This document shows, in pieces, positions 1-10,300 of a DNA stretch of 59,970 bases. A model generated the notes under the pieces. The model did not search any database and was not told the origin of the DNA. It saw nothing but the letters and a program-made list of their open reading frames with translations. Source of the DNA: a virus (lineage: Duplodnaviria > Caudoviricetes); the IMG/VR virus record IMGVR_UViG_3300044953_000493, positions 1 to 59,970 of that record. One strand, written 5' to 3'. The translations under genes and the position numbers were made by a program. The stretch's first letter is position 1; the number at the start of each line of letters is the position of its first letter.

Positions 1-130
1 TTGCAGTTTGAACATCTTTAAATCCAAGTCCATGAATAGTTCCTTTTGGGTTTTCATCAGTGTATAAATCAGAGTGTTTTTTAGATCTTGCTGGTTGTCC
101 AGGTTTTCTTGGAATTCTTGGGTTATTCAT
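1..130 (-). CDS. hypothetical phage protein, 3' part outside window (MNNPRIPRKPGQPARSKKHSDLYTDENPKGTIHGLGFKDVQTA...)
   Basis: ATG at 130 overlaps the stop of the upstream ORF (ATGA); frame is open to the window edge; not in the ORF track because truncated. Confidence 0.75.
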   Translation of the reverse strand, partial: MNNPRIPRKPGQPARSKKHSDLYTDENPKGTIHGLGFKDVQTA

Positions 131-282
131 TCAACTGATTTGGATTTAGTTTCTTCACCTCTTGCTCTTTTTTTTCTTCCTGCACAATGAGCACGTTGAG
201 AAAATCCTTTTGGATTGGAGCAATCAATACTCTTTTTATATTTATTAGTCCACTCTTCTCTAAACTGTTTAAAAGTTTTCAT
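127..282 (-). CDS. small late hypothetical protein (MKTFKQFREEW...), possible internal head protein
   Basis: Likely start is the ATG at 282 rather than 342; MKxFxQFxxE N-terminus is typical of small late proteins of T4-like phages. Confidence 0.65.
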   Translation of the reverse strand: MKTFKQFREEWTNKYKKSIDCSNPKGFSQRAHCAGRKKRARGEETKSKSVE

Positions 283-697
283 TTTTAGATTGTTGTTTAA
301 GTATTTTAGATAGTTGTGCTGTTGAACCAACAAAAAGTGCATTGGTTACATTTGTTGGTCCTTTTGATTTTCCTTCATCAATATCCTTCAGTTTCTTTTG
401 AAGTTCCATTAGTTTATCAGTTGCATCTGCAACATTTTTAATTAATTGTCCAGCAACTTCATATGCTCTTGGCATTTCACTTTCTTGAGCAAGTTCAAGA
501 ATACCATTGATTGCCTCTTGACCTTTTTCAATTAGAGAATATAAGTTCCCTCTTGTGTACTCATAATCTTTTTTGATATCATCAACGGAGGATGATATTT
601 TTTCAATTTTTTTTTCATTAGTTTCAACTTGTTTAGATACTATCTCACTAGTGATTTCGAAGGTATTATCTAAACTTTCAAATTTTTTTTTTGCCAT
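269..697 (-). CDS. gp16: terminase small subunit
   Basis: DYEYTRGNLYSLIEKGQEAI...PRAYEVAGQLIK...NALFVGST motifs; position after gp15; likely start MAKKK at 697. Confidence 0.92.
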   Translation of the reverse strand: MAKKKFESLDNTFEITSEIVSKQVETNEKKIEKISSSVDDIKKDYEYTRGNLYSLIEKGQEAINGILELAQESEMPRAYEVAGQLIKNVADATDKLMELQKKLKDIDEGKSKGPTNVTNALFVGSTAQLSKILKQQSKNENF

Positions 698-701
698 TTT
701 T

Positions 702-1703
702 TCATTGTATAAAACCACTAAATCCAAAATTGTCACCTTCTTCTATTAATAAGTTATCTGATTGCGTAATTGATTTTACTTTTTCTCCTCTCAAGTGTGT
801 TGTAATTTGTGTATCATCTTTTCCTCTTTCTACTGTTAAGACATTACCATTTTTAGATTTTACATATACTTCTTCACCTTCAATTTCCAAGTATGTATTT
901 ACAGCAATTCCATTTGCATTTTCAACATTTATTATTATATCAGTAATTGATACATCTTTTGAGACTGTTGTAAGAACATTACCAGTATAATTTTTTATAG
1001 CTCTTGGAGTTGCAGTATAAACAACCTCTCTTTTTGTATTTGTAATGTCTGTACCTGTAAGGTAGCTGATTTTTGATGTTTTGATGATATCTTTTGTTGC
1101 ACTTAAAACTGGTCCGAACAGATATGTTTTTGCAGTAAATCTTAATGTATATAAAAGAACTCTTCTTGTGGAAAAGTCACCTTCATAGTCATCTTGCATT
1201 GTAATATTTTCTAGAACAATAGGTATATCTTTTTTTTCCTCAATAGAATCAACTAAAGAAACTGTTAGATTATATGATGGTTGAAAATAAGGTAAAATTT
1301 GCTCTACAATCTGCAAAACATCATCATTTAATTTTGACATCACAGACAATTCAAATTGCATATTATATGGTACTGGCATATACATTTTTTTTGTCTCAGT
1401 TCCAGTATTTGAATCCTTTGCAATAAATGTTTGAGTTGTAGTTAACTTTCGAGATGAGTCGTAGGTTAGACCAGTAAATTCAAAAGACATTCTAGGCAGG
1501 GTAATTGCTATTGACTTATCTAAATCAGGAGATTGTTGCAATCTTGCTAGAAATTTTTCAGTTGGTCCATATCCAAGAGGAACTTTTATAGTGCTTATTA
1601 CATCACCTGAAGAATTTGTATGTTTAATTGAAATATTATTAAACAGAGTTCCAAAAGATATAATTGTTTTTCTTAAAATTTCGTTGTAAAAATATTCAAA
1701 CAT
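702..1703 (-). CDS. gp15: tail sheath stabilizer / tail completion protein
   Basis: MFEYFYNEILRKTIISFGTLFNNI, LPRMSFE, QIVEQILPYFQP; synteny gp13-14-15-16. Confidence 0.93.
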   Translation of the reverse strand: MFEYFYNEILRKTIISFGTLFNNISIKHTNSSGDVISTIKVPLGYGPTEKFLARLQQSPDLDKSIAITLPRMSFEFTGLTYDSSRKLTTTQTFIAKDSNTGTETKKMYMPVPYNMQFELSVMSKLNDDVLQIVEQILPYFQPSYNLTVSLVDSIEEKKDIPIVLENITMQDDYEGDFSTRRVLLYTLRFTAKTYLFGPVLSATKDIIKTSKISYLTGTDITNTKREVVYTATPRAIKNYTGNVLTTVSKDVSITDIIINVENANGIAVNTYLEIEGEEVYVKSKNGNVLTVERGKDDTQITTHLRGEKVKSITQSDNLLIEEGDNFGFSGFIQ

Positions 1704-1748
1704 TTTTAGATACCTATTGTAATATTACTTAAACTCAATAAACATTAT

Positions 1749-3203
1749 TTATGGAATACCGAATGGATTATTTTCACTAAAATCTATGAGTAAATCTGCC
1801 TCTGTTTCAATTGAAGAATTGTCAGCAAATCCGTCGTTGTTTGGATTTGTATCCACGGTTCTTAATTGATAAGATGCACTTGATGCTGCTCCAACAATAT
1901 TTTCTCCAATTGTAAATTGGCCAGAAACATTAGAAACTTCTAAAATATTAGTTGAGGAATTCCAAGTTCTTACTATTGCAGTTGTTCCACTTAATGAACC
2001 GGTAACTGTTTCGTTAAATGTGAAACTTCCAGATGATGACATTGATGGATTACCAATTACTATAGATGGAGCAACACTATATCCTAAACCAGCATTAGTA
2101 ATTCTAATTGCAGTTATAGTTCCTGCCGCACTCACTATTGCAGTTGCTGCTGCAGAAACAGTAGAAACACCAACATTAAATATTTGATTCGTAAATGTCA
2201 CTTTTGGTGTTGTTGAATAACCAGAACCGCCATTTGTCACGGTAACAATACCGACGATATTATTACCTATTGTAGCCACTGCTGCTGCTCCTGATCCTCC
2301 CCCACCAATAAATCTAACTCCAGGATTACTGGTGTATCCTGCACCAGGGTTTATAATTTGAACACTTTGTACTGATCGTGCATTTGAATTTACATTATCT
2401 GTGCATACAACTATTCCACCTATCATAGTTGCGGTAGCAATTCCAGTTATTCCTCCTGCAGGAGCAGATGAGATTCCAACAGTTGGTATTGATGTATACC
2501 CACCACCTCTATTTGAAACCGTAATAAATCTAATACCACCAAAAGTAACTATACCAACAACAGCAGTTGCCGTAATACCAACTCCAACTAAAGTAAGAAT
2601 TTGAGTTTGTTCAATGATAGGATCAATTCCAACGAGTCTATCGTCTATATTTCCTTTTGATTTATCTCCAATTAAAATATTGTCTATTTCATCAACATCT
2701 GTATTAATAACTTCATCTTCATATCTAAATAATTCACATTTTAAAGAATATACATAATTTTTTTGAAGTTGATAAAAAGGTTTTTCGTGCTCTACAAATT
2801 TTATTTCAAATAATCTGTTTCCTAATGGAAAATATATTAAATCACCTTCTTTTGGTCTTGTTGAAAGTTTAATGTTTGGTTTATTTTTAATCAACGGTGA
2901 AATATAAGTTTTAAATCTTTCTTGAGATATAATTAAAACTATTTCTTGAGATGATTGAATTCCAAATTTTGTTAATAATGTGGTATTTTCTGCATATCCC
3001 TCATAGTTTTCTACATACGCTTCTAATGGGTATGCATCAACAAATTCCGATTGAATTACCTCCTTTATAATAGTTTTCTCGGTCATATATTTTCTTGGTA
3101 AGTAATAAACTTCAATACCATACATTCTTAACTGTTCGTTAATTAAGTCTTGTATTAGATTTTGTTCGGTATTAGAACCTTGAAGAAAAAATGGATTTAG
3201 CAT
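1749..3203 (-). CDS. gp14: neck protein with Gly-rich inserted repeats
   Basis: EQNLIQDLINEQLRMYG, RPKEGDLIYFPL, C-terminal DFSENNPFG. Confidence 0.93.
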   Translation of the reverse strand: MLNPFFLQGSNTEQNLIQDLINEQLRMYGIEVYYLPRKYMTEKTIIKEVIQSEFVDAYPLEAYVENYEGYAENTTLLTKFGIQSSQEIVLIISQERFKTYISPLIKNKPNIKLSTRPKEGDLIYFPLGNRLFEIKFVEHEKPFYQLQKNYVYSLKCELFRYEDEVINTDVDEIDNILIGDKSKGNIDDRLVGIDPIIEQTQILTLVGVGITATAVVGIVTFGGIRFITVSNRGGGYTSIPTVGISSAPAGGITGIATATMIGGIVVCTDNVNSNARSVQSVQIINPGAGYTSNPGVRFIGGGGSGAAAVATIGNNIVGIVTVTNGGSGYSTTPKVTFTNQIFNVGVSTVSAAATAIVSAAGTITAIRITNAGLGYSVAPSIVIGNPSMSSSGSFTFNETVTGSLSGTTAIVRTWNSSTNILEVSNVSGQFTIGENIVGAASSASYQLRTVDTNPNNDGFADNSSIETEADLLIDFSENNPFGIP

Positions 3204-4048
3204 TATCCAATCATATCCATAGGAGGAAGTTCATAAGTATTTGTCATTTTTTCTATAATAGTATCTAATTCTTTTTGAGCATCATCGTATATTTGCCTTC
3301 CATTCAATTCTATTCCACCAGGAAGTTTTACTCCTTGAAATTTAATTAAATTTTGTCCCCATTGCCTCTTAATTAACGAAGTTAGATATGGTTTCAAAAA
3401 TGAATCATTCCAAATTCGACTATAATCGTTTGGATCTAAAGTACTAAAACAATCAATAATTAAATAATTTCCAACACCAACAGATCCCCAATCAATATCT
3501 AGATATAATCTATCTTGTCTCTTGTTAAATCTGATTTGTTTTTGAGGATTTAAAAGAAAATCAAGATCTTCAAGATATGTCTTGACCATTGCATAACTCA
3601 ATAATTCAGTTGTTCCCCAATAATAAATATCATTTAAAAATAATTGATATTTAACACTAAACATATTATGAGTAATGGTATTTGAACCATCAAATTTAAA
3701 AATTCTATTTACTCCGATTATATTTGGTGGTACTTGTAAGTAATTACTATTTTCAGTATATGTAAATGTTGTTGCAGTTCCTACAATATTTGTTGTTGCC
3801 GATGTGGTTGCAAGTCCAACTACAGAGTTATTTCCTGTAGCTCTTCCTCTATTAATATCGTTTTGAGTTACCAGATATTTAAAATAAGCCTGATAAACTC
3901 CATCAAAATGACGTTCTTGAAATAATTGTATTGCATCATCAACTAAATCATCAATTTGCTCATCTGCAACATTAATTTCAAGCACTGGCGCACCTAACTT
4001 TCTTTTACAATAATCTATTAATTCTTGTCGATTAGTTGGTTGTGCCAT
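3203..4048 (-). CDS. gp13: neck protein
   Basis: RQELIDYCKRKLGAPVLEINV, QWGQNLIKFQGVKLPGG. Confidence 0.94.
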   Translation of the reverse strand: MAQPTNRQELIDYCKRKLGAPVLEINVADEQIDDLVDDAIQLFQERHFDGVYQAYFKYLVTQNDINRGRATGNNSVVGLATTSATTNIVGTATTFTYTENSNYLQVPPNIIGVNRIFKFDGSNTITHNMFSVKYQLFLNDIYYWGTTELLSYAMVKTYLEDLDFLLNPQKQIRFNKRQDRLYLDIDWGSVGVGNYLIIDCFSTLDPNDYSRIWNDSFLKPYLTSLIKRQWGQNLIKFQGVKLPGGIELNGRQIYDDAQKELDTIIEKMTNTYELPPMDMIG

Positions 4049-4069
4049 TTATTCTCACTACTTTTTAAA

Positions 4070-4077
4070 TATTTATA
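4070..4077 (-). promoter_or_regulatory. T4-type late promoter TATAAATA upstream of gp13
   Basis: Exact match about 20 nt before the start; (A/C)TAAATA variants also precede gp15 (~1746), gp8 (~13379), 15393..16553 (16573-16580), 19265..20824 (~20847), gp25 (~35460) and 58783..58986 (59020-59027). Confidence 0.8.
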
Positions 4078-4092
4078 GTTATAAACTAATCT

Positions 4093-4317
4093 TTAAGATT
4101 TTTCAATTAAATTACGCAGTAATAATTTAATTTCATCTAAATCATTTTTTATATGAGAAACATCATCTTCAAGATTTTTTATTTTTTCATTTTCATTTGT
4201 TTTTATGTTTCGTCTATTTAAATATTCTTGATACTCTATCATATTTGTATTAATAATTGAATTTGTTTTAGAGTCTCTTAAAAGGTGAGAATGACCTTCA
4301 ACTTTTATATAATTCAT
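4093..4317 (-). CDS. conserved small coiled-coil hypothetical protein
   Basis: IKVEGHSHLLRDSKTNSIIN N-terminus; usual position upstream of gp13 in cyanomyoviruses. Confidence 0.8.
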   Translation of the reverse strand: MNYIKVEGHSHLLRDSKTNSIINTNMIEYQEYLNRRNIKTNENEKIKNLEDDVSHIKNDLDEIKLLLRNLIEKS

Positions 4318-4318
4318 A

Positions 4319-7300
4319 TTATGCTAATGCAATTACTCTTAAATCCTTAAATCTTGGAACATAAACTTGATTTGTAGATGTCATAATAATTTTAATTCGA
4401 TAAGATCTAAATGCAGGTAATTGATCTGCAGTAAATGTATATTCACTAAATGGGACATCGTTTTGTGAAAATCCAGAAATTGATGTTAATGGAACAAATG
4501 TATCTGGGTGTCCATTGTTGTTTTGAACATCGATTACTTGTCCTCTGCTATTAAGATTTTCATATCCAGGAAATGGAATAAAAATAGGATTAAAGTTTTC
4601 ATTTTCACTGATTGCATAAAATGCACGAATATCAGAATAAAGATTATTATATGCATTGAGTAATATTTTAATCGATGTTCCTGGATTTTCTAAAGTAATT
4701 TCCTTCGAAAGATACTGAAATGCAGTTGGATCATCAAATATACTATTAACTCTTGAATCTTCTGCATAATTTGTAATTAAACTATTAACTCGATTTGAAG
4801 TTAATATTACACTTACTCTTTGAGTATCGATAACTGGACTTAATCTACTATCAATTGTATTTAAAAATACTCTTAAATTCATTGATTTATTGCCTGGAAG
4901 TGTAGAAAGGTATTGAGTTTCATTCACTTTCGATGCGATTATTCTTGGACTATCAAGATAATTTACTTGATTTAATGTAATATTATCAAATCCAGTATCA
5001 ATAAATGGTATTTCATTTCCACTAATACTGGATGCAGTTATTGTTCTAATTTCTGAACTCAGTGATGTTCCAGTTATGGTAACATTTTGTACCATTGGAG
5101 TAATAATTTCAAATGGCATATTTTGTGATGCTTTTACATTATATCCTCCTGCAGATTTTGTCTGATTCAAATAAAGAATGGGATATCCAGATGATGTACT
5201 TCTTGCTGTTCCAGTATTCGATGAAGTATCTAATTTGATTGTATAAGAATCAAATGTAATTGAATTTGCTGTAGTTATATCTGATAAATTATGAGTCTTA
5301 TTTATTCTTCTTAGAGAAACTCCAGCCAATTCATACTTATAAACTGGAGTTCCAGTTACGTAGTTAATTGGATTTGAACCTCTTATAATTTTACCACCAA
5401 TGGAACCAGTAAAAGTTGATGTATATGAAATAATTTCATTTCCAATTAAAATATATCCTACATTTGTTGTTCCTACACCAACATTTTCAAAAATTGAAAA
5501 TGAAGAAGAATCATCAACAAGAATTGCTGATGTGGAATCTGAAGTATAGTCTGATGTTAATTTTGTTGGTTTAACATCGGAAATTGCTCCAGAAATTGAT
5601 ACCAGATTTGTGTTTGAATACATTCCATGATTTTTATGATTTACCACGATACTTAATCCATCACTTACTACATCAATAGTAGAAATTAAAACATTTCCCC
5701 CATAAGCAGAATTTAAAGTTGTCTTAACTCCAGAGTTATTAATGTATTGAACAATTTTACCGGCACCAGTTATAAAATCTCCTTGAACATTATCAAGAAT
5801 TAATTGATCGACTCCTATAATATTACTAACAGAAAATCTTGCATTTTGTCCAATTGTAAGGCTACCAATCGTTGTAATTCCAAGAACATCACCAACTTGA
5901 TATCCAGATCCACCAGAAACAATTGTAACTCCTGTAGATACAACTGAACCATTTGATATTGTTATATTTGCCGTTGCTCCTTTTCCATTTCCGGTTATTG
6001 TGTCTAAATTTACGGAACTGTACGTAGCAGATCCTGATGATGGAGTATAACCAATACCAGCATTAATTATGCTTAATGTACCTGTTGATATTCCTGCACT
6101 TCCAACATAATTACCAGTTGCATTACTTCCTAATTGAAGGATAGTATTTCCAAAAGTTAACCCACTATCTTGTACCGTTGTTCCCAATCCTACTCTAATT
6201 TTTCTTGAATTTAATTTCAAAGAATCTGGAAGTAAAGTTGAGATCTGTTTATTTCCTTCTGTTAATTCTGGACTATAAAATTCTACAGAACCAGATTGAA
6301 TGAAATCAGCTCTATAAAGTGTGAATTTTAAATCTTCCCACTGACTTGATTCCCAAGTAGAAGCATTTTGAGATTTAAATAGAGAACCTAAAGTTGGTTG
6401 ATTTGAAATAAATGTCTGAGTTAAAAGATCATTTTCACCAATTCTACAAATATAAACACTATATTTTGTAGAATTTGATGCAAGACAAACACAATATTCT
6501 TGACCACCCTCAAGATATACTGGTGCCTTAAATACAAATGATGTCGCAACAGATCCATCATTAGATGTAGAAATTTGATTGGGTTCTAATATAATTTCTG
6601 AAAAAGGAAGAATTTTTGTTGTTGGAAACCCTCCCTGCATAGTCCTAATCTGGAAAGTTACAGGAATATCTACATCATCTTTCGAGTTAAAAAATACATC
6701 ACATCTTGTTAGAAATACTCCTGTAGGATCTTCCACTAAAAATGATTGTGCAAGAGGATCATACCAACCAACGATACGCTCTGAAGTATTTCCACCAATT
6801 GTTTGTGTAGAGATTACTTGTGATCCAGTTGTTCTTGAAACTGCTCTATTTTCAAATTCTTGTTTATTTTGAATTCTTGAATTTCTTACAGAAATGATAT
6901 TCTCTTGAACTGTTTCTAAAGTTCCACTTGAAATAAATCCTTCTTCAGCAATTGTTGTTGCTACATTTTGATCATTTGAATCGTTATTAATTATTGTAAA
7001 AACTTTTGATCCAGTTTCAAATTTTGGATGAATATCGATATTTGGGTTTGGTATGTTAAAACTTCCGATCAAAGTTGCAGATGCATCTGAAATTAATCTT
7101 ACATTTGTGATTAATGCCTGAGCACCACTTGTACTTCCCTTAAGAATCATTCCATCTTCAACTCTTCCACTAAATTGTCCTTGAGGTTCATTTGATAGTG
7201 AAAAAGTATCAACATTCAAGATAGTAGAAGTTGATGAGTATGTTCCCTGAAGAATTTGGTTTGTATATGGATTTGAAGAAAATGTAGTAGTTGCTACATC

Positions 7301-10300
7301 ATATGGTCCTTCTTTATGATTTTGTTGGGCAACTCTAAACGTTATTCTAGGCTTTGTATTATCTTCATTTGATCCAAGTCCAGTATTCGTAACTGTTCCA
7401 ACAACAGTCTCTCCAATTTGAAAAACTCCAGAAATCATATTAATCTCTAAAAGTTTTGGAACACAGTATTTTGTTACATTAACTCCATCAAAAAACGCAT
7501 ATAATTGAGTAAATGGTTTAAGTTTTTTGCATAAAAATTGTATATTTCTAGATCTCATAAAAGAAATTAAATTTCTACTTACAACACGATCTCCAACAGA
7601 AGTTCTATCAAATTGTTCAGTAACAATAGTTCTATTTCCAGTTCTAGTTTGTACTCCAGTATCTGTTATTGTTCTTAAAGTCTCTTCAACTATTGTATTT
7701 GTAGTTATTTCAACCCAAGCTGCTGGACCACCAACTCCACCATTTGGCCAACCACCCCTACCAACTGTATTGGATGAACTCTCTGTTCTTGTTCTAGTTC
7801 CTTGTGTAATATCTTGTCCAGTCCAATTTGTTTGCCAAGAATTCCATATTGTTGGTGAAAATCCTGTCTGTGGATCCACATTTAGAGTTCTACTTGCTTT
7901 AGAAAGAGTTTCTGCATAATCTCCTTCAGTATTAATTATTTTTGCTTCGAGTCTTGTAGTGTCTACCCAAGTATCAGATGAGGGAGTAAGTTCTAAAGTT
8001 CCTTGCCAAAAACTAATTAAAAACGGAGTTACACTTTCAGCTCTTGTTGCAAAGGTTTGTTTAAACCACTCTCTTTCTGCATAATCTAAAGTAATAATAT
8101 CTGAAGATTTTCGAATATTGACTCCTTCTGGTGGTGAAAATTGAAGATCGGCAATTGGATCAACATTAATTGCAGGACCTGTAATTAAATCTACAGAATT
8201 TGTATAATGTTGAGGTCTTAATTCTTTGTTTTTTAAATCAATACTGTTTTTGTAAGGAACTGCATCTTCCTGTGCAAGAAGAGAAGTAAAATTGTCTACA
8301 AAAAATCCAGATTTAAATCTATTTAAACCATTCGAATCTGGAACAAAAAGTCCTGCAGTATTTGTTTCTAATAATGAAAGAGAAGTATAATATTCTAATT
8401 TTTTAATACGATCTTCAAGTTGTTTAATATCAACCATTCGATATCTTTTATAATCTAAAAATTCTATAGAAGATTGTGAAACTTTGTATAAATATGGCGG
8501 CAAAAATATAGAAGCAACTTCTATTGCATCATCGACTGATACTGGTTTTTCTGGTCTTTCTGCAGGAGTACCATATTTAACTTGAAATTTACCATCCTTT
8601 GAAAGATAAATTCTATCTATTCTTCCTAAGTAAAAAGAAAATGTCGCAACGATTGATTCATCTGAGGCAAGAATATTTGCTGCAGAATTTCCAGATGAAC
8701 TAAAATTTCTTCCATAAAATTCTAATGGAGATCTAGAGTTTTCAGAAACAGTATATGATGAAGTTCTTGGGCGAATATCAATAATATCTGAATTTGAAAT
8801 AGTGTTTACGTTCTGTATTTCTTTGTCATAATCAAAAGTATCATATGAATTTACTGTTGTAATATCTCCGTCATCTGAAGATTGATAATAACCACTTTGA
8901 AAATAAATCTTTAATTTTTTAGTTGGTTCATCGGAATCTGGTTTTCTAGTTATTGAACCATAATCATAGAATGTTCCTTTTTGTCCGGTAAAAAAAGTAT
9001 AATTAGATGATATATTAAAACTATTAATATTTAATGATATTACGATTGCACTAATATTTGACTCTTGAAATATTAATGTTTCTCCTTCTTTAAATGTATT
9101 TTGATTCTTATATACAAATGAAATTTGAGTGCTTGTTAATTTTTCTGCACAAATTGCAATCGCACCACTTGTTTGCCCTATGATTTTTTCCCCAATAATC
9201 AATTCAGAAGTTGTAGTGGATGGGCTTGTGATTGAAAATAAAGTAGCAGTTGGTGCTGATGGATCTGTTGTATCTAATGATTCATAAATTGAATAAATCT
9301 CAATAATGTCTGGAACATTTAAGCAAATATTTTCATCTTGAACTCTAGTGCCATAGGGGTAATTACCATAAGTTAAACCATCATTGATAGTGGTTCCACC
9401 AATTCCAGAATAATTATATTTTGATTTATTTACAATTACACTACTCACTCTATTTTTAAGTTTTAATTTTGCTTTTGGTTTTATTTTAGTTAATGTTGTA
9501 ATCAGTGTGGCACCAGTATTGTTTGATCCAAGATTATAAATTTGAAGTTGTGTTGATCCACTTGTAAATGAAAATTTATCAGATGTCAAAACTTCTGTAG
9601 ATCCATCGGATCTAATTAAAGAATATCTCTCATCATCAAATGGTAAAAAGGTTTCATTAGACCCAGCAACAGCGACTGTTGAAAGTTGATTATTTAAGAT
9701 ATTAACAGTATAAGATTTTCTAATTGTTAAACTTGCATTTGTCAAGTCTACAGATGATATATTATTTTTTGGTAGTTTTGTGTAAAGCGTATTATCTGTA
9801 GAATTTTCTAAATTTGTGGTTAAAACTTGTAAATCAGTTACTGATAGTGTTGATGTTGGTAATTTTCCTTGAACAACTCCAGTAACAGTAGTAACACCAG
9901 CAATTGTAATTGTAGTTGATCCAACACTAACAACTTTTGCAAAAACTGAATTTGATAATGAAGTATCACTATATGAAATTAAATTATCCTTTTTAACAAT
10001 ATTTTCTGGAAATAATACATTTGGACTTTTAACTATACTGATATCAGAAGATAAAGGTGAAATCGTAGCAATTCCAACAAAAAATTTTGACGATTGAATT
10101 GTATCGGCAGTAAATGTAGATCCAGAACCAATAATACCATAAACAGATTTAACATCAGAAATTCCATATGATGTAATTGCTGTTGCCACTCTTCCATTTG
10201 GAATTCCATTAATTGTAAGTGATTCATTTGTTACAAATTCTCCCGTTTTTTCATAAACTTTTAATAATGAAGAATTTGAAACAGATTCTTTTAAAAAAGC